Source of the DNA: Armatimonadota bacterium
Lineage (GTDB): Bacteria; Armatimonadota; Fimbriimonadia; Fimbriimonadales; Fimbriimonadaceae
Reading direction: 5' to 3'
NCBI GenBank assembly: GCA_020161505.1
Contig: JAIUNY010000005.1
Location: 8,003 to 72,002 of the forward strand
Length of the DNA: 64,000 nt
This document shows positions 41,985-50,448 of this stretch, in pieces. Positions within the stretch are counted from its first letter, which is position 1; the number at the start of each line of letters is the position of its first letter. The notes under the pieces are model-generated. The model did not search any database. It saw only the letters and a list, made by a program, of their open reading frames with translations, and was not told the origin of the DNA. Made by a program: the position numbers and the translations under genes.

Positions 41985-42230
41985 ATGAAGACTGAAACTC
42001 ATCCCGTCAACTACCCGGTTCTGTTCGTCGATGGCGAGCATGAGTGGACGGGTATCTCGACCAGCAAGAGCAACGACACCCGAGTCATCGACGGCATCGA
42101 GCACTACGTCGTGAAGGTCGAAATCAGCGCTTTCACCCACCCGTTCTACACCGGACAAAAGCGGATTGTGGACACCGCCGGTCGCGTCGAGAAGTTCATG
42201 CGACGCTACGGCAACCAAACCAAGAAGTAA
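41985..42230 (+). CDS. rpmE2: 50S ribosomal protein L31 type B (zinc-free)
   Basis: MKTETHP.NY, VEISAFTHPFYTG and DTAGRVEKF. No Cys residues. Confidence 0.93.
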   Translation: MKTETHPVNYPVLFVDGEHEWTGISTSKSNDTRVIDGIEHYVVKVEISAFTHPFYTGQKRIVDTAGRVEKFMRRYGNQTKK

Positions 42231-42284
42231 GAAATTCGAGCCTAGGGCCGAAGATTATTCGGCTGTCTTCTCGGAATTCCAAAC

Positions 42285-42323
42285 AACTCCTGCCCGGGGC
42301 CTCGCCTGGCAGGAGTTTTCTTT
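42285..42323 (+). terminator. Terminator of rpmE2
   Basis: AACTCCTGCC/GGCAGGAGTT stem followed by TTCTTT. Confidence 0.75.
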
Positions 42324-42386
42324 GCCGATTCGGCGGATTTTCTTCTCATCCTTGCAACTCAGCGCCTGAATCCCGAAAATGGGACT

Positions 42387-43676
42387 ATGTCGGCCGAAGA
42401 GACCTACCGAGATCGTTCCGTTTTGATTCACGGCAAGTTCCGCAGTGAAAAGTGGACGTTTGAAGATCACATCCTCCCGCCGATCACCACCGCAGTGTCG
42501 TTCCGACTCCGCAGCGCAGAGCGAGGTTACGAGGGCTTCTGCCAGTTCGCCAACCCCGATTTCAACCGCGATACCACGCCGCCGGTCTACATCTACGACC
42601 GGCTCGACGAACCCTGCTCCAGCCTCCTCGAACAGACGCTCGCGTTCAGCGAGAAAGGCGATTGCGCCGTGTGCTTCTCAACCGGCATGGCAGCGATCAG
42701 CGCGGCGATTGGCATCAACGTCCGCCAGGGAAGCCATATCATCTATCACCCGGCGATCTACGGCTGCACCCATGGCCACATCACGAACTGGCTCACCCGG
42801 TATGGCATCACGAACGACGCCGTGAACCTTAACGATTTCGACACCCTCCGGGCGGCCATCCGCCCGGAGACCAAGGTGATCTACTTCGAGACACCGAGCA
42901 ATCCCACCATGGAATTGATTGACATCGCCAAGGTCGTCGCCCTGGTGAAGGAGATCAACGAGGGGCGCGAAGAAGCCGAAAGGATCGTCACGATTGTCGA
43001 CAACACTTTCGCCAGCCCTTACGCCCAGCGACCGCTGACGATGGGCATTGATCTCGTGATCCACAGCCTCACCAAACACATCGGCGGATTTGGGGCAACC
43101 ATGGGGGGCGTGGTCATCGGTCCGCGCAAGGTTGAAACCGAGCTCCTGCTCTACCGCAAAGACTTCGGCGCGAGCCTTTCTCCCGATGCGGCCTGGCACA
43201 TCCTGACCTACGGAATCCCCACCCTCGCTGTCCGTTTGGAACGACAGCAGGAATCCGCCATGCGTGTGGCCGAATTCCTAGACCTTCACCACAAGGTCGG
43301 GCGCGTGGCCTATCCTGGGCTCGATTCGTTCCCCCAGCGCGAACTTGCTCAGCAGCAAATGCGCGATATCGACGGCGACTTTGCCCCCGGCGCGATGATC
43401 TACTTCGAGCTGAAGGGCAATCCGCAGGAGAGCTACCAAAGCGCGATGCGCGTAGTCAATCACCTGGCGCAGAACTCGCTCAGCATCACCCTTGCCGTGA
43501 GCCTAGGCCAGATCCGAACCTTGGTCGAGCATCCGGCGTCGATGACCCACGCCGTCGTGCCTCCGGAGCACCAAGCCAAGGCCGGGATCGCCCCCGGAGG
43601 CATCCGTCTTGCCCTGGGTCTGGAGGATGTACGCGACATTCTGCGGGATCTGGAGCACGCGTTGGAACAAGCCTGA
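42387..43676 (+). CDS. PLP-dependent transsulfuration enzyme (methionine gamma-lyase/cystathionine gamma-synthase family)
   Basis: FSTGMAAI, YFETPSNP, VDNTFASP, HSLTKHIGG (PLP Lys) and AVSLG...LVEHPASMTH. Confidence 0.92.
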   Translation: MSAEETYRDRSVLIHGKFRSEKWTFEDHILPPITTAVSFRLRSAERGYEGFCQFANPDFNRDTTPPVYIYDRLDEPCSSLLEQTLAFSEKGDCAVCFSTGMAAISAAIGINVRQGSHIIYHPAIYGCTHGHITNWLTRYGITNDAVNLNDFDTLRAAIRPETKVIYFETPSNPTMELIDIAKVVALVKEINEGREEAERIVTIVDNTFASPYAQRPLTMGIDLVIHSLTKHIGGFGATMGGVVIGPRKVETELLLYRKDFGASLSPDAAWHILTYGIPTLAVRLERQQESAMRVAEFLDLHHKVGRVAYPGLDSFPQRELAQQQMRDIDGDFAPGAMIYFELKGNPQESYQSAMRVVNHLAQNSLSITLAVSLGQIRTLVEHPASMTHAVVPPEHQAKAGIAPGGIRLALGLEDVRDILRDLEHALEQA

Positions 43677-43729
43677 GCCCCGCCTCGTCTGACGTACTCG
43701 GCAACAGACGCTGGGCTTCGGCCCTGTCA

Positions 43730-43766
43730 GAACCACGGTTTTCCGTGGTTCCTTTTGACTTTTTTC
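43730..43766 (+). terminator. Rho-independent terminator
   Basis: GAACCACGG-TTTT-CCGTGGTTC followed by CTTTTGACTTTTTT. Confidence 0.75.
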
Positions 43767-43833
43767 GACCTCCCGCGGAACATGGCGGGAGGCTTGCCAG
43801 TCATAGCTTCAACGCCTCGCAATGAAGTGAGGA

Positions 43834-44400
43834 ATGGGGATTTCGCTCTTGCCAATTTCGCTCAAGCTCGTGACGCAGATGGAGCAACCGATTCTCGAGA
43901 ATCTGGTTCAGCTCTACACGCACGAATGCAGCTCCTTCCATCCCCGTGAAATTGCCGACGACGGGCGCTTTGATATCTCCGCCGAGCTCCCGAACTCCGA
44001 TGACGAGCACCACATTGGCATCCTCGTTCTGGTCAAGGGCAAGCTGGCTGGATTTGCGGTGATCCGCCGCGAACCCCACGCCACCGATCATTACCGATTT
44101 GACTGCATCTTCATGCTGGAATCCTATCGCCGCCTCGGAATGGGCGAGGAAGTGGTTCGCATGATCATCGACAGCTACGCTGGAACCTGGACGATCCCCG
44201 TCCACCCCGAGAACCGGCTGGGGCTTGCGTTTTGGAAGCACGTTTGCTACCGCTACTCCGGCGATGACTTCGAAGAAATGGCACACCGTCATGCAGAGTC
44301 GGTGATGTTCCGCATGAAATCCCCCGGGCCCCGACCGAATGAATCCGGCGTTCGCGCCGAAGTCTCTCGGTTCTTTGGGGCCTGGGTTCCGACGCTGTAA
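43834..44400 (+). CDS. GNAT family N-acetyltransferase
   Basis: LENLVQLY, GKLAGFAVI, FMLESYRRLGMG and FWK. Confidence 0.8.
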   Translation: MGISLLPISLKLVTQMEQPILENLVQLYTHECSSFHPREIADDGRFDISAELPNSDDEHHIGILVLVKGKLAGFAVIRREPHATDHYRFDCIFMLESYRRLGMGEEVVRMIIDSYAGTWTIPVHPENRLGLAFWKHVCYRYSGDDFEEMAHRHAESVMFRMKSPGPRPNESGVRAEVSRFFGAWVPTL

Positions 44401-44439
44401 GCCAACGGACGACCCGTCGGCGGTGCCACACTAGAACCC

Positions 44440-44937
44440 GTGGCGAAGTGGCAGAACTTCTCAATTTGGCGCGGACGGCTCCCCCATTGGCGAGCCGATC
44501 ACGTCCGTTACTACCTCACCTTTCGCCACAAGCGTGACCTCAACGACTCGGAGATGAACATCCTGCTCCAGCGCCTCATGCGGGCGCAGCGGCGCAAGCT
44601 CGACTTTCACATCCTCGTCGTCCGTCCCGAAGCCACCGAGATGATCTTCACCGTGGAAATGGATTCCGACGGCGTGGCCTACGAACTGAGCGATGTCATC
44701 GAGAAGGCCAAGCGCAAAGCCGGACAAATGATGATTAAGAAGTCAGGCGAGCGTTGGCCGCCTCTCTACGGAGAGAGCTTCGACCGAATCATCCGCGATG
44801 AGGACGAGTATGAGGCCACATGGCAATCGATCCTCTCCTCACCTGTTGATGCTGAGTTGGTCGAGGATCCGAGCGATTGGCTCTACCTCTTCGTCCCCGA
44901 CGCCCCCGACATCCCCCACCCCTTGCAGTCCTCTTAA
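44440..44937 (+). CDS. REP-associated tyrosine transposase (RAYT/Y1_Tnp)-like protein with degenerate catalytic motifs
   Basis: GRLPHW, YYLTF, SFDRIIRD and P...LVEDPSDW conserved. The HUH position reads PEATEM and the YIxxNP position reads SILSSP. Confidence 0.7.
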   Translation: MAKWQNFSIWRGRLPHWRADHVRYYLTFRHKRDLNDSEMNILLQRLMRAQRRKLDFHILVVRPEATEMIFTVEMDSDGVAYELSDVIEKAKRKAGQMMIKKSGERWPPLYGESFDRIIRDEDEYEATWQSILSSPVDAELVEDPSDWLYLFVPDAPDIPHPLQSS

Positions 44938-45061
44938 AAGGTCCCTTCTTGACCCGCTCCTGAAACCCCGAGAGGTAAAATGGCGTTACATGAGTGCATA
45001 GGACTCAAGTATCTTGCTAATGCAAGAAGCAAGAGTCGTCAGGAGCACGAAAGAGAAAACT

Positions 45062-46960
45062 ATGGGACGCGTCGTTGGTATCGATTTGGGCACCACTAAC
45101 TCGGTGGTTGCCATCATGGAAGGCGGGGAAGCCAAGGTCATCTCGACCGCAGAAGGAACCCGGACTCTCCCCAGTGTTGTCGGCTTCAAGGCCAATGGCG
45201 AGCGCCTCGTCGGCGTGACCGCCAAGCGCCAAGCCGTGACCAACCCCGGCAATACCGTGGCCAGCATCAAGCGATTCATGGGCCACAAGTTCGAGGAAGT
45301 CGCTGAAGAAGCGAAGCGGGTCAGCTACAAGGTCATCAAGGACAAGCGCGGCAACGCCTCCGTTCACATCCCCGCTGTGGATAAGGAGTTCACTCCGGAA
45401 GAGATCAGCGCGATGATCCTGCAGAAGCTGAAAGCTGACGCAGAGGCTTATCTCGGCGAAATCGTGGATCAGGCCGTCATCACGGTTCCTGCCTACTTCA
45501 ACGACTCCCAGCGAACCGCAACCAAGAACGCGGGCGAGATCGCGGGTCTCAAGGTTCTGCGGATCATCAACGAGCCGACGGCTGCCTCTCTGGCGTACGG
45601 TCTCGACAAGAAGGGCAACGAAACCATTCTCGTCTTCGACCTCGGCGGTGGAACGTTCGACGTCTCTATTCTCGATGTCGGCGAAGGCGTTTTTGAAGTC
45701 AAGTCAACGGCTGGCGACAGCCACCTGGGCGGCGACGACTTCGACCAAAAGATCGTCGATTGGCTCGCCAACGAATTCATGAAGGAGCACGGCATCGATC
45801 TGCGCAAGGACTCGAAGGCCCTCCAGCGACTGCGCGAAGCAGGTGAAAAGGCAAAGGTCGAGCTCTCGAGCGCAGTCAGCACCGACATCAGCCTCCCCTT
45901 CATCACCGCGGTTGATAACGAACCCGTCCACCTGGAGACCACCCTCACGAGGGCGAAGTTTGAAGATCTCTGCGCCGACCTCCTCAACCGCATCAAAAAT
46001 CCGGTCGAGCGAGCCCTCGATGACGCGAAGATCAGCCTCAGCAGCCTGGATGAAGTCGTCCTCGTCGGTGGTTCCTCGCGGATGCCGATGGTGCAAGAGC
46101 TGGTCAAGAAGATCACCACGAAGGAGCCGAACAAGTCGGTCAATCCGGATGAAGTGGTGGCGATCGGCGCGGCGATCCAAGCCGGTGTCCTGGGGGGCGA
46201 TGTGAAGGATATTCTCCTCCTCGACGTCACTCCGCTCAGCCTCGGCGTGGAGACCCAAGGCGGCATCACCGACGTCCTGATCGAGCGCAACACCACGATC
46301 CCAACCAAGAAGAGCCGAAGCTACACCACGGCAGTGGACAACCAAACCGAGGTCACCATCCACATCCTCCAAGGCGAGCGGAGCCTGTCGAAGGACAACA
46401 AGTCCCTTGGTCAGTTCAACCTGAGCGGCATCCCGCCCGCTCCGGCGCGCGTTCCCCAGGTGGAGGTCACGTTCGACATAGATGCCAACGGCATTCTCAA
46501 TGTCACGGCCAAAGACAAAGCAACGAACAATGAACAGAAGATCACGATCACCGGTTCCGGTAATTTGGACAAGGGTGAAATCGAAGGCATGGTCAAGGAT
46601 GCCGAGGCGAACGCCGAGATCGACCGGAAAGCCCGCGAAACGGCCGAGCTGAAGAACGACTCCGAGCGCCTGGTTGCCTCCACGCAAAAGATGCTCAAGG
46701 ATCTGGGCGACAAGGTGAGCGAATCGGATCGCGCCCGAATCGAAGAAGCGATCACGGAGCTGAACCAAGCCATCGAGCGACAAGATGTCGAAGCGATGAC
46801 CACCGCCAAGGCCGCGCTGGAGCAAGAGAGCCACAAGCTCGCCGAGGCTCTCTACGCGCAAAGCGGAGGCACTGAGCAGCCGGAAGAAGCCGGTGTCGGC
46901 GCAGGGGCCAAGAAGGGCGATGATGACGTCATCGACGCCGACTTCAAGGAAGAGAAGTAA
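45062..46960 (+). CDS. dnaK: Chaperone DnaK
   Basis: [38 protein letters not shown] and C-terminal VIDADF. Confidence 0.99.
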   Translation: MGRVVGIDLGTTNSVVAIMEGGEAKVISTAEGTRTLPSVVGFKANGERLVGVTAKRQAVTNPGNTVASIKRFMGHKFEEVAEEAKRVSYKVIKDKRGNASVHIPAVDKEFTPEEISAMILQKLKADAEAYLGEIVDQAVITVPAYFNDSQRTATKNAGEIAGLKVLRIINEPTAASLAYGLDKKGNETILVFDLGGGTFDVSILDVGEGVFEVKSTAGDSHLGGDDFDQKIVDWLANEFMKEHGIDLRKDSKALQRLREAGEKAKVELSSAVSTDISLPFITAVDNEPVHLETTLTRAKFEDLCADLLNRIKNPVERALDDAKISLSSLDEVVLVGGSSRMPMVQELVKKITTKEPNKSVNPDEVVAIGAAIQAGVLGGDVKDILLLDVTPLSLGVETQGGITDVLIERNTTIPTKKSRSYTTAVDNQTEVTIHILQGERSLSKDNKSLGQFNLSGIPPAPARVPQVEVTFDIDANGILNVTAKDKATNNEQKITITGSGNLDKGEIEGMVKDAEANAEIDRKARETAELKNDSERLVASTQKMLKDLGDKVSESDRARIEEAITELNQAIERQDVEAMTTAKAALEQESHKLAEALYAQSGGTEQPEEAGVGAGAKKGDDDVIDADFKEEK

Positions 46961-46984
46961 GCCCCACGAGCTCCCGCGAAAGTC

Positions 46985-47015
46985 AGCCCGCTCCACCTCG
47001 GAGCGGGCTTTTCTT
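46985..47015 (+). terminator. Terminator of dnaK
   Basis: AGCCCGCTCC/GGAGCGGGCT stem followed by TTTCTT. Confidence 0.8.
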
Positions 47016-47132
47016 GTCTGAGATATAACGGAAAAAAGACGAAACCAAGTAATTTTGCTTGCGCATAGCCGTGCACAATCCCTTAATATAGGGATTCGCT
47101 CATCTTGTTGGATGTGTAGAGGAAAAACCCAA

Positions 47133-47759
47133 ATGAATAAGTTCCTTCTCACCGCACTCGCGGTTGCTTCGGTCTCGTCCGCTTTCGCTGTGACGATCAA
47201 TTTCGACGATCTTGCTGACGATGCCATCCTCGGCAACCAATATGCTGGCCTTGGCGCAACGTTCTCCGCTGGTCACACGACCACGGGGATCACCAACCCG
47301 ACTTTCACGACGCAGGGTTGGGCGACTAACTCGAGCATGGAAGTAGCCACGATCGCCGGTGGTGACGTCGGCAGCTTGGGCACGGGCTCCGGATTGGCAG
47401 GCACCGTGGTTCACTCGTTCGACGGCTGGTTGAGCGAGGATGGAGATGCGTCGGTCACCATCGACTTTTCAACCGCGATTTCCTCGTTCAGCGTCGACTT
47501 TGGTGGCGTGTTCAACATTGGCGCTACGGGTGCCTACGCGATCGATGGTTCGAACAACGTTGTGGCTTCCGCACTCGCGGCCGGCAACGGCACCGTCTCG
47601 ATGACCGGCCTTAACGTGAATCGTGTGGTTCTCGTCGTTGGCGACTTCGGCGACTGGGTCGGTTTCGACAACGTCAGCTTCGAGCCGGTTCCGGAACCCG
47701 CAACCATGACCCTCCTCGCTCTTGGTGCGCTCGCTGCTCGCCGACGCAAGAAGGCCTAA
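47133..47759 (+). CDS. PEP-CTERM sorting domain protein
   Basis: Signal peptide, TINFDDL, FDNVSF and VPEPATMTLLALGALAARRRKKA. Confidence 0.9.
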   Translation: MNKFLLTALAVASVSSAFAVTINFDDLADDAILGNQYAGLGATFSAGHTTTGITNPTFTTQGWATNSSMEVATIAGGDVGSLGTGSGLAGTVVHSFDGWLSEDGDASVTIDFSTAISSFSVDFGGVFNIGATGAYAIDGSNNVVASALAAGNGTVSMTGLNVNRVVLVVGDFGDWVGFDNVSFEPVPEPATMTLLALGALAARRRKKA

Positions 47760-47790
47760 GCGTTTCCTTACCTCATCAAGAAACAAAGCA

Positions 47791-47819
47791 GCCCGCCGGA
47801 GAAATCAGGCGGGCCTTTT
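47791..47819 (+). terminator. Terminator after the PEP-CTERM gene
   Basis: GCCCGCC/GGCGGGC stem followed by CTTTT. Confidence 0.65.
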
Positions 47820-47840
47820 CATGAGCGGGTGGAGCCAAGC

Positions 47841-49577
47841 TCACGGAGTGAGCAAAATCGTCCAGTAACTCTGTTTTTGAACCTTGCCCGGATCCTCATC
47901 GATGTAGGAATGAGCGATCCCGATGCGCCGGGCCACCGGGTTCAACAGCATATCTTGGTGAGCCGCCATCAACTCCCGACGAAGCATCGCCGGGGACTCG
48001 GCGGAAGAAATCAAAGCCCGAGCCTCCTCCCGCCCCGTCAGTCCACTCAGCGAGAGCCCCATCGGATCGCGGAGGTCGAAGAAGTCCTGATCGATCATCT
48101 TGCGCGACCAATCCATCGAAAGCCGACAAAGTTCCAAGTCCGCGACGAGCTCGGGGAGCCCGAGGCCGGCACGCTTCTCGTTGATCTCCGCAATCAGCCC
48201 CGTCGCGGCCTGGAGCAGAAACTCATCTTGCGGAGCGACCCGGTTCGGAGCTGCCTCCACCACAATCACCGACCCATCCGTCGCCGCAGCCGCTACCGGA
48301 GTCCCCGGTCGCATCGCGAACAGCGACTGAAGTTCCGCCGCCCTACCTGGCTCGGTCTTGCGTCCAATCGCCGTCACCCGATCTCCCACCAGGAGATCCG
48401 TGAGCGTGAGGGCTCGATCGGCGCCGAGGATCCAGAACTGCGACTTCTCGGTCTGCCTCAAAAAGCCCTTCGTTGGGCGCATGATGCTCTCAATCGCCTT
48501 GCCCGATGATTGCTGGGCGAGCAGATCGAGAACCAGAACCTGACGAGCGCGGTCAACTTGTCGAACCACGCCATCCATGCGGGTTTCGTCCTTCTTCACC
48601 TTCAGCTGAGGCATTGGCGCATAGACGAGAGGGAAGGGGATCTTCCGAGCCGCGCGCAAAGAGAGGGTGGCGTTGTAGACCGCCCCGGTGTCCTGGCTCC
48701 AGAGCTCAAAGTGAAGGTGCGGCGCGGTGGTCTCCGCGTTGCCGCTGTCACCGAGCCATCCGAGCAACTGACCGGCATGGACGCGTACTCCGTTCTGGAT
48801 ACCGGGCGCGAAGGCATAGTCGTCAGTGCCCTTTCCATCGTCTGTGCCAGGCGTGTCATTGTTGACGTGGTAGTACTGCGCCGTCCACCCGTTGTCTCCG
48901 TCAAGGGTGATGATATTCCCAGAAATTCCCCGTTCACGCCGGATACTCACCGTGCCGCTGAAGCAGGCGACCATCGGCAGCATCTTCGGCCCCATGATGT
49001 CCTGGCCTCGGTGCCGGCGTGTGCCTCCTCCTCGTGAAGCGAGAAAGGTGTCACTCCAATTCACCCTCCCGATGACAGGGAAGACCATCGGCACCGTCAC
49101 CGGATCCATGCAGACCTGATCGTGCTCAACCGGATTCAGCTGGGGCGGAACCACCAGAGGCATCGGCGGCACCATCGGATCCCGCTCCGGCAGGATGATC
49201 CGCCGGGTGAGGGTTTCCTTTCCTGCCTCAACTCCGTAGGCGGCAATCTGTTGACCCGGCTTGAGCTCCGCGATGCCGAGCCACCGATGCTCGGTATCCA
49301 GCCAGTGAATGTGTGAAGTCTCCTGCACCCGAAAGACCCGGGCGACGGGCTTGCCAAAGAACATCTCTGTTCCATCGGCACCGATCACCGTTTCGATTTC
49401 TGCCGTGACCGTGCCATCGACCGGATTCAGCTTCGTCACGATCCCGACAAATTGCGATTCGTTCGGATTCGGTGTCGGCAAGTTGGGGAGTGCTGCGTGC
49501 AAGGGGCAGGCGCTCAGGCTATTCAAAACCGTGAAAGCCGTGAGAAGAGCGAGGGAAGTCCGTCCGTGGTACGCCAT
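47841..49577 (-). CDS. M23 family metallopeptidase with flanking beta domains and a C-terminal CAP-like domain
   Basis: HRGQD (HxxxD), YYHVN, GWLGDSGNA and PHLHF. C-terminal INEKRAGLGLPEL...RRIGIA resembles CAP. Start uncertain (49577 or 49622). Confidence 0.85.
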   Translation of the reverse strand: MAYHGRTSLALLTAFTVLNSLSACPLHAALPNLPTPNPNESQFVGIVTKLNPVDGTVTAEIETVIGADGTEMFFGKPVARVFRVQETSHIHWLDTEHRWLGIAELKPGQQIAAYGVEAGKETLTRRIILPERDPMVPPMPLVVPPQLNPVEHDQVCMDPVTVPMVFPVIGRVNWSDTFLASRGGGTRRHRGQDIMGPKMLPMVACFSGTVSIRRERGISGNIITLDGDNGWTAQYYHVNNDTPGTDDGKGTDDYAFAPGIQNGVRVHAGQLLGWLGDSGNAETTAPHLHFELWSQDTGAVYNATLSLRAARKIPFPLVYAPMPQLKVKKDETRMDGVVRQVDRARQVLVLDLLAQQSSGKAIESIMRPTKGFLRQTEKSQFWILGADRALTLTDLLVGDRVTAIGRKTEPGRAAELQSLFAMRPGTPVAAAATDGSVIVVEAAPNRVAPQDEFLLQAATGLIAEINEKRAGLGLPELVADLELCRLSMDWSRKMIDQDFFDLRDPMGLSLSGLTGREEARALISSAESPAMLRRELMAAHQDMLLNPVARRIGIAHSYIDEDPGKVQKQSYWTILLTP

Positions 49578-49775
49578 GCGATCTGCCTTTGATACCCCAG
49601 GTGGAGCGTTCCATGTTGTCAACGAAAGGTGAGGCCCAAAAGTGACACATATCCGAAAAACCTTAAGAAGTAAACAAACACATTGATTCCCAAAAGATAT
49701 AGTAGACTAAAATATACTAAATATAAGAAATACTCAGAAACCTTGCAAAAAAACGTCCAAAAATCGCCAAAACCA

Positions 49776-49804
49776 TTGCTCATTCCCACTTTTTCCCGTA
49801 TAAT
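49776..49804 (+). promoter_or_regulatory. Sigma70-type promoter of the dcw operon
   Basis: TTGCTC-17 nt-TATAAT. Confidence 0.8.
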
Positions 49805-49983
49805 CCCAATCGTAACCAAGAGCAGCCACAGGACGTGGAACAGCGGGTGACATTTTCTGGGCGGGGTGTCCGGAATCAAGATTCGAGCCGGCGCAAGGAT
49901 TGGGCCGGCTCTGCTTCTCTCAATGGCTACTTTCAGCGCGGATTTCTGGCATGCAGCAAGCACTCGGGCACTTGAGTTTCAGC

Positions 49984-50448
49984 ATGCTCTTGGCGGGCGA
50001 AGACCACACCACGGTCGACGACAAGGGCCGCATTCTCCTGCCCAAATCCATCCGCGTCGCTCTCGGTGAATCCTTCGTTATGCGCATCGGGCGCTTGGGC
50101 TGCCTGGAAGCGATGCATGAGGACGTTTTCACCTCTGCTTGGCGAGAAATCGAACAATACAGCCAGCACAGCGACGCGCGACGCGAGTACGCCGCCCTCT
50201 TCTTTTCCTTGTCTTATAAGCATGTCAAACCCGATTCCACGGGCCGATGCGTGATCCCCCCTGCGGCTCGAGAGCAATGCCGATTGCTCGACGTCGAAGC
50301 CGTGATCCGTCCGGCGGGCGACGTGGTGGAGATCTGGAACGCTGAGGAATACGAGATCTACAAAGCCGACAAGCGCGGCTACAACCGGGAGTTCCGCGAT
50401 ATGCTGGAAAGCTACCGACGCGAGATGGTTGAGGAGGGCAAGCTGTGA
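49984..50448 (+). CDS. mraZ: Transcriptional regulator MraZ
   Basis: VDDKGRILLP, PDSTGRCVIP and GDVVEIWN. First gene of the dcw cluster. Confidence 0.92.
   Translation: MLLAGEDHTTVDDKGRILLPKSIRVALGESFVMRIGRLGCLEAMHEDVFTSAWREIEQYSQHSDARREYAALFFSLSYKHVKPDSTGRCVIPPAAREQCRLLDVEAVIRPAGDVVEIWNAEEYEIYKADKRGYNREFRDMLESYRREMVEEGKL

Noticed and set aside
42231-42386. SAM riboswitch upstream of the transsulfuration enzyme
   Set aside because: No SAM-I core motifs are present. The region holds the rpmE2 terminator and a promoter directly abutting the ATG.
44400-44940. Active insertion sequence
   Set aside because: The catalytic residues are missing and I saw no terminal hairpins or tnpB, so it is reported as a CDS rather than a mobile element.
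44985-45035. Possible CIRCE/HrcA operator upstream of dnaK
   Set aside because: Half-site-like GAGTGCATA and TGCTAA occur, but there is no TTAGCACTC-N9-GAGTGCTAA arrangement.
49619-49963. Phe/Leu/Tyr-rich minus-strand ORF
   Set aside because: Its composition is a by-product of the phased A-tracts of the mraZ promoter.
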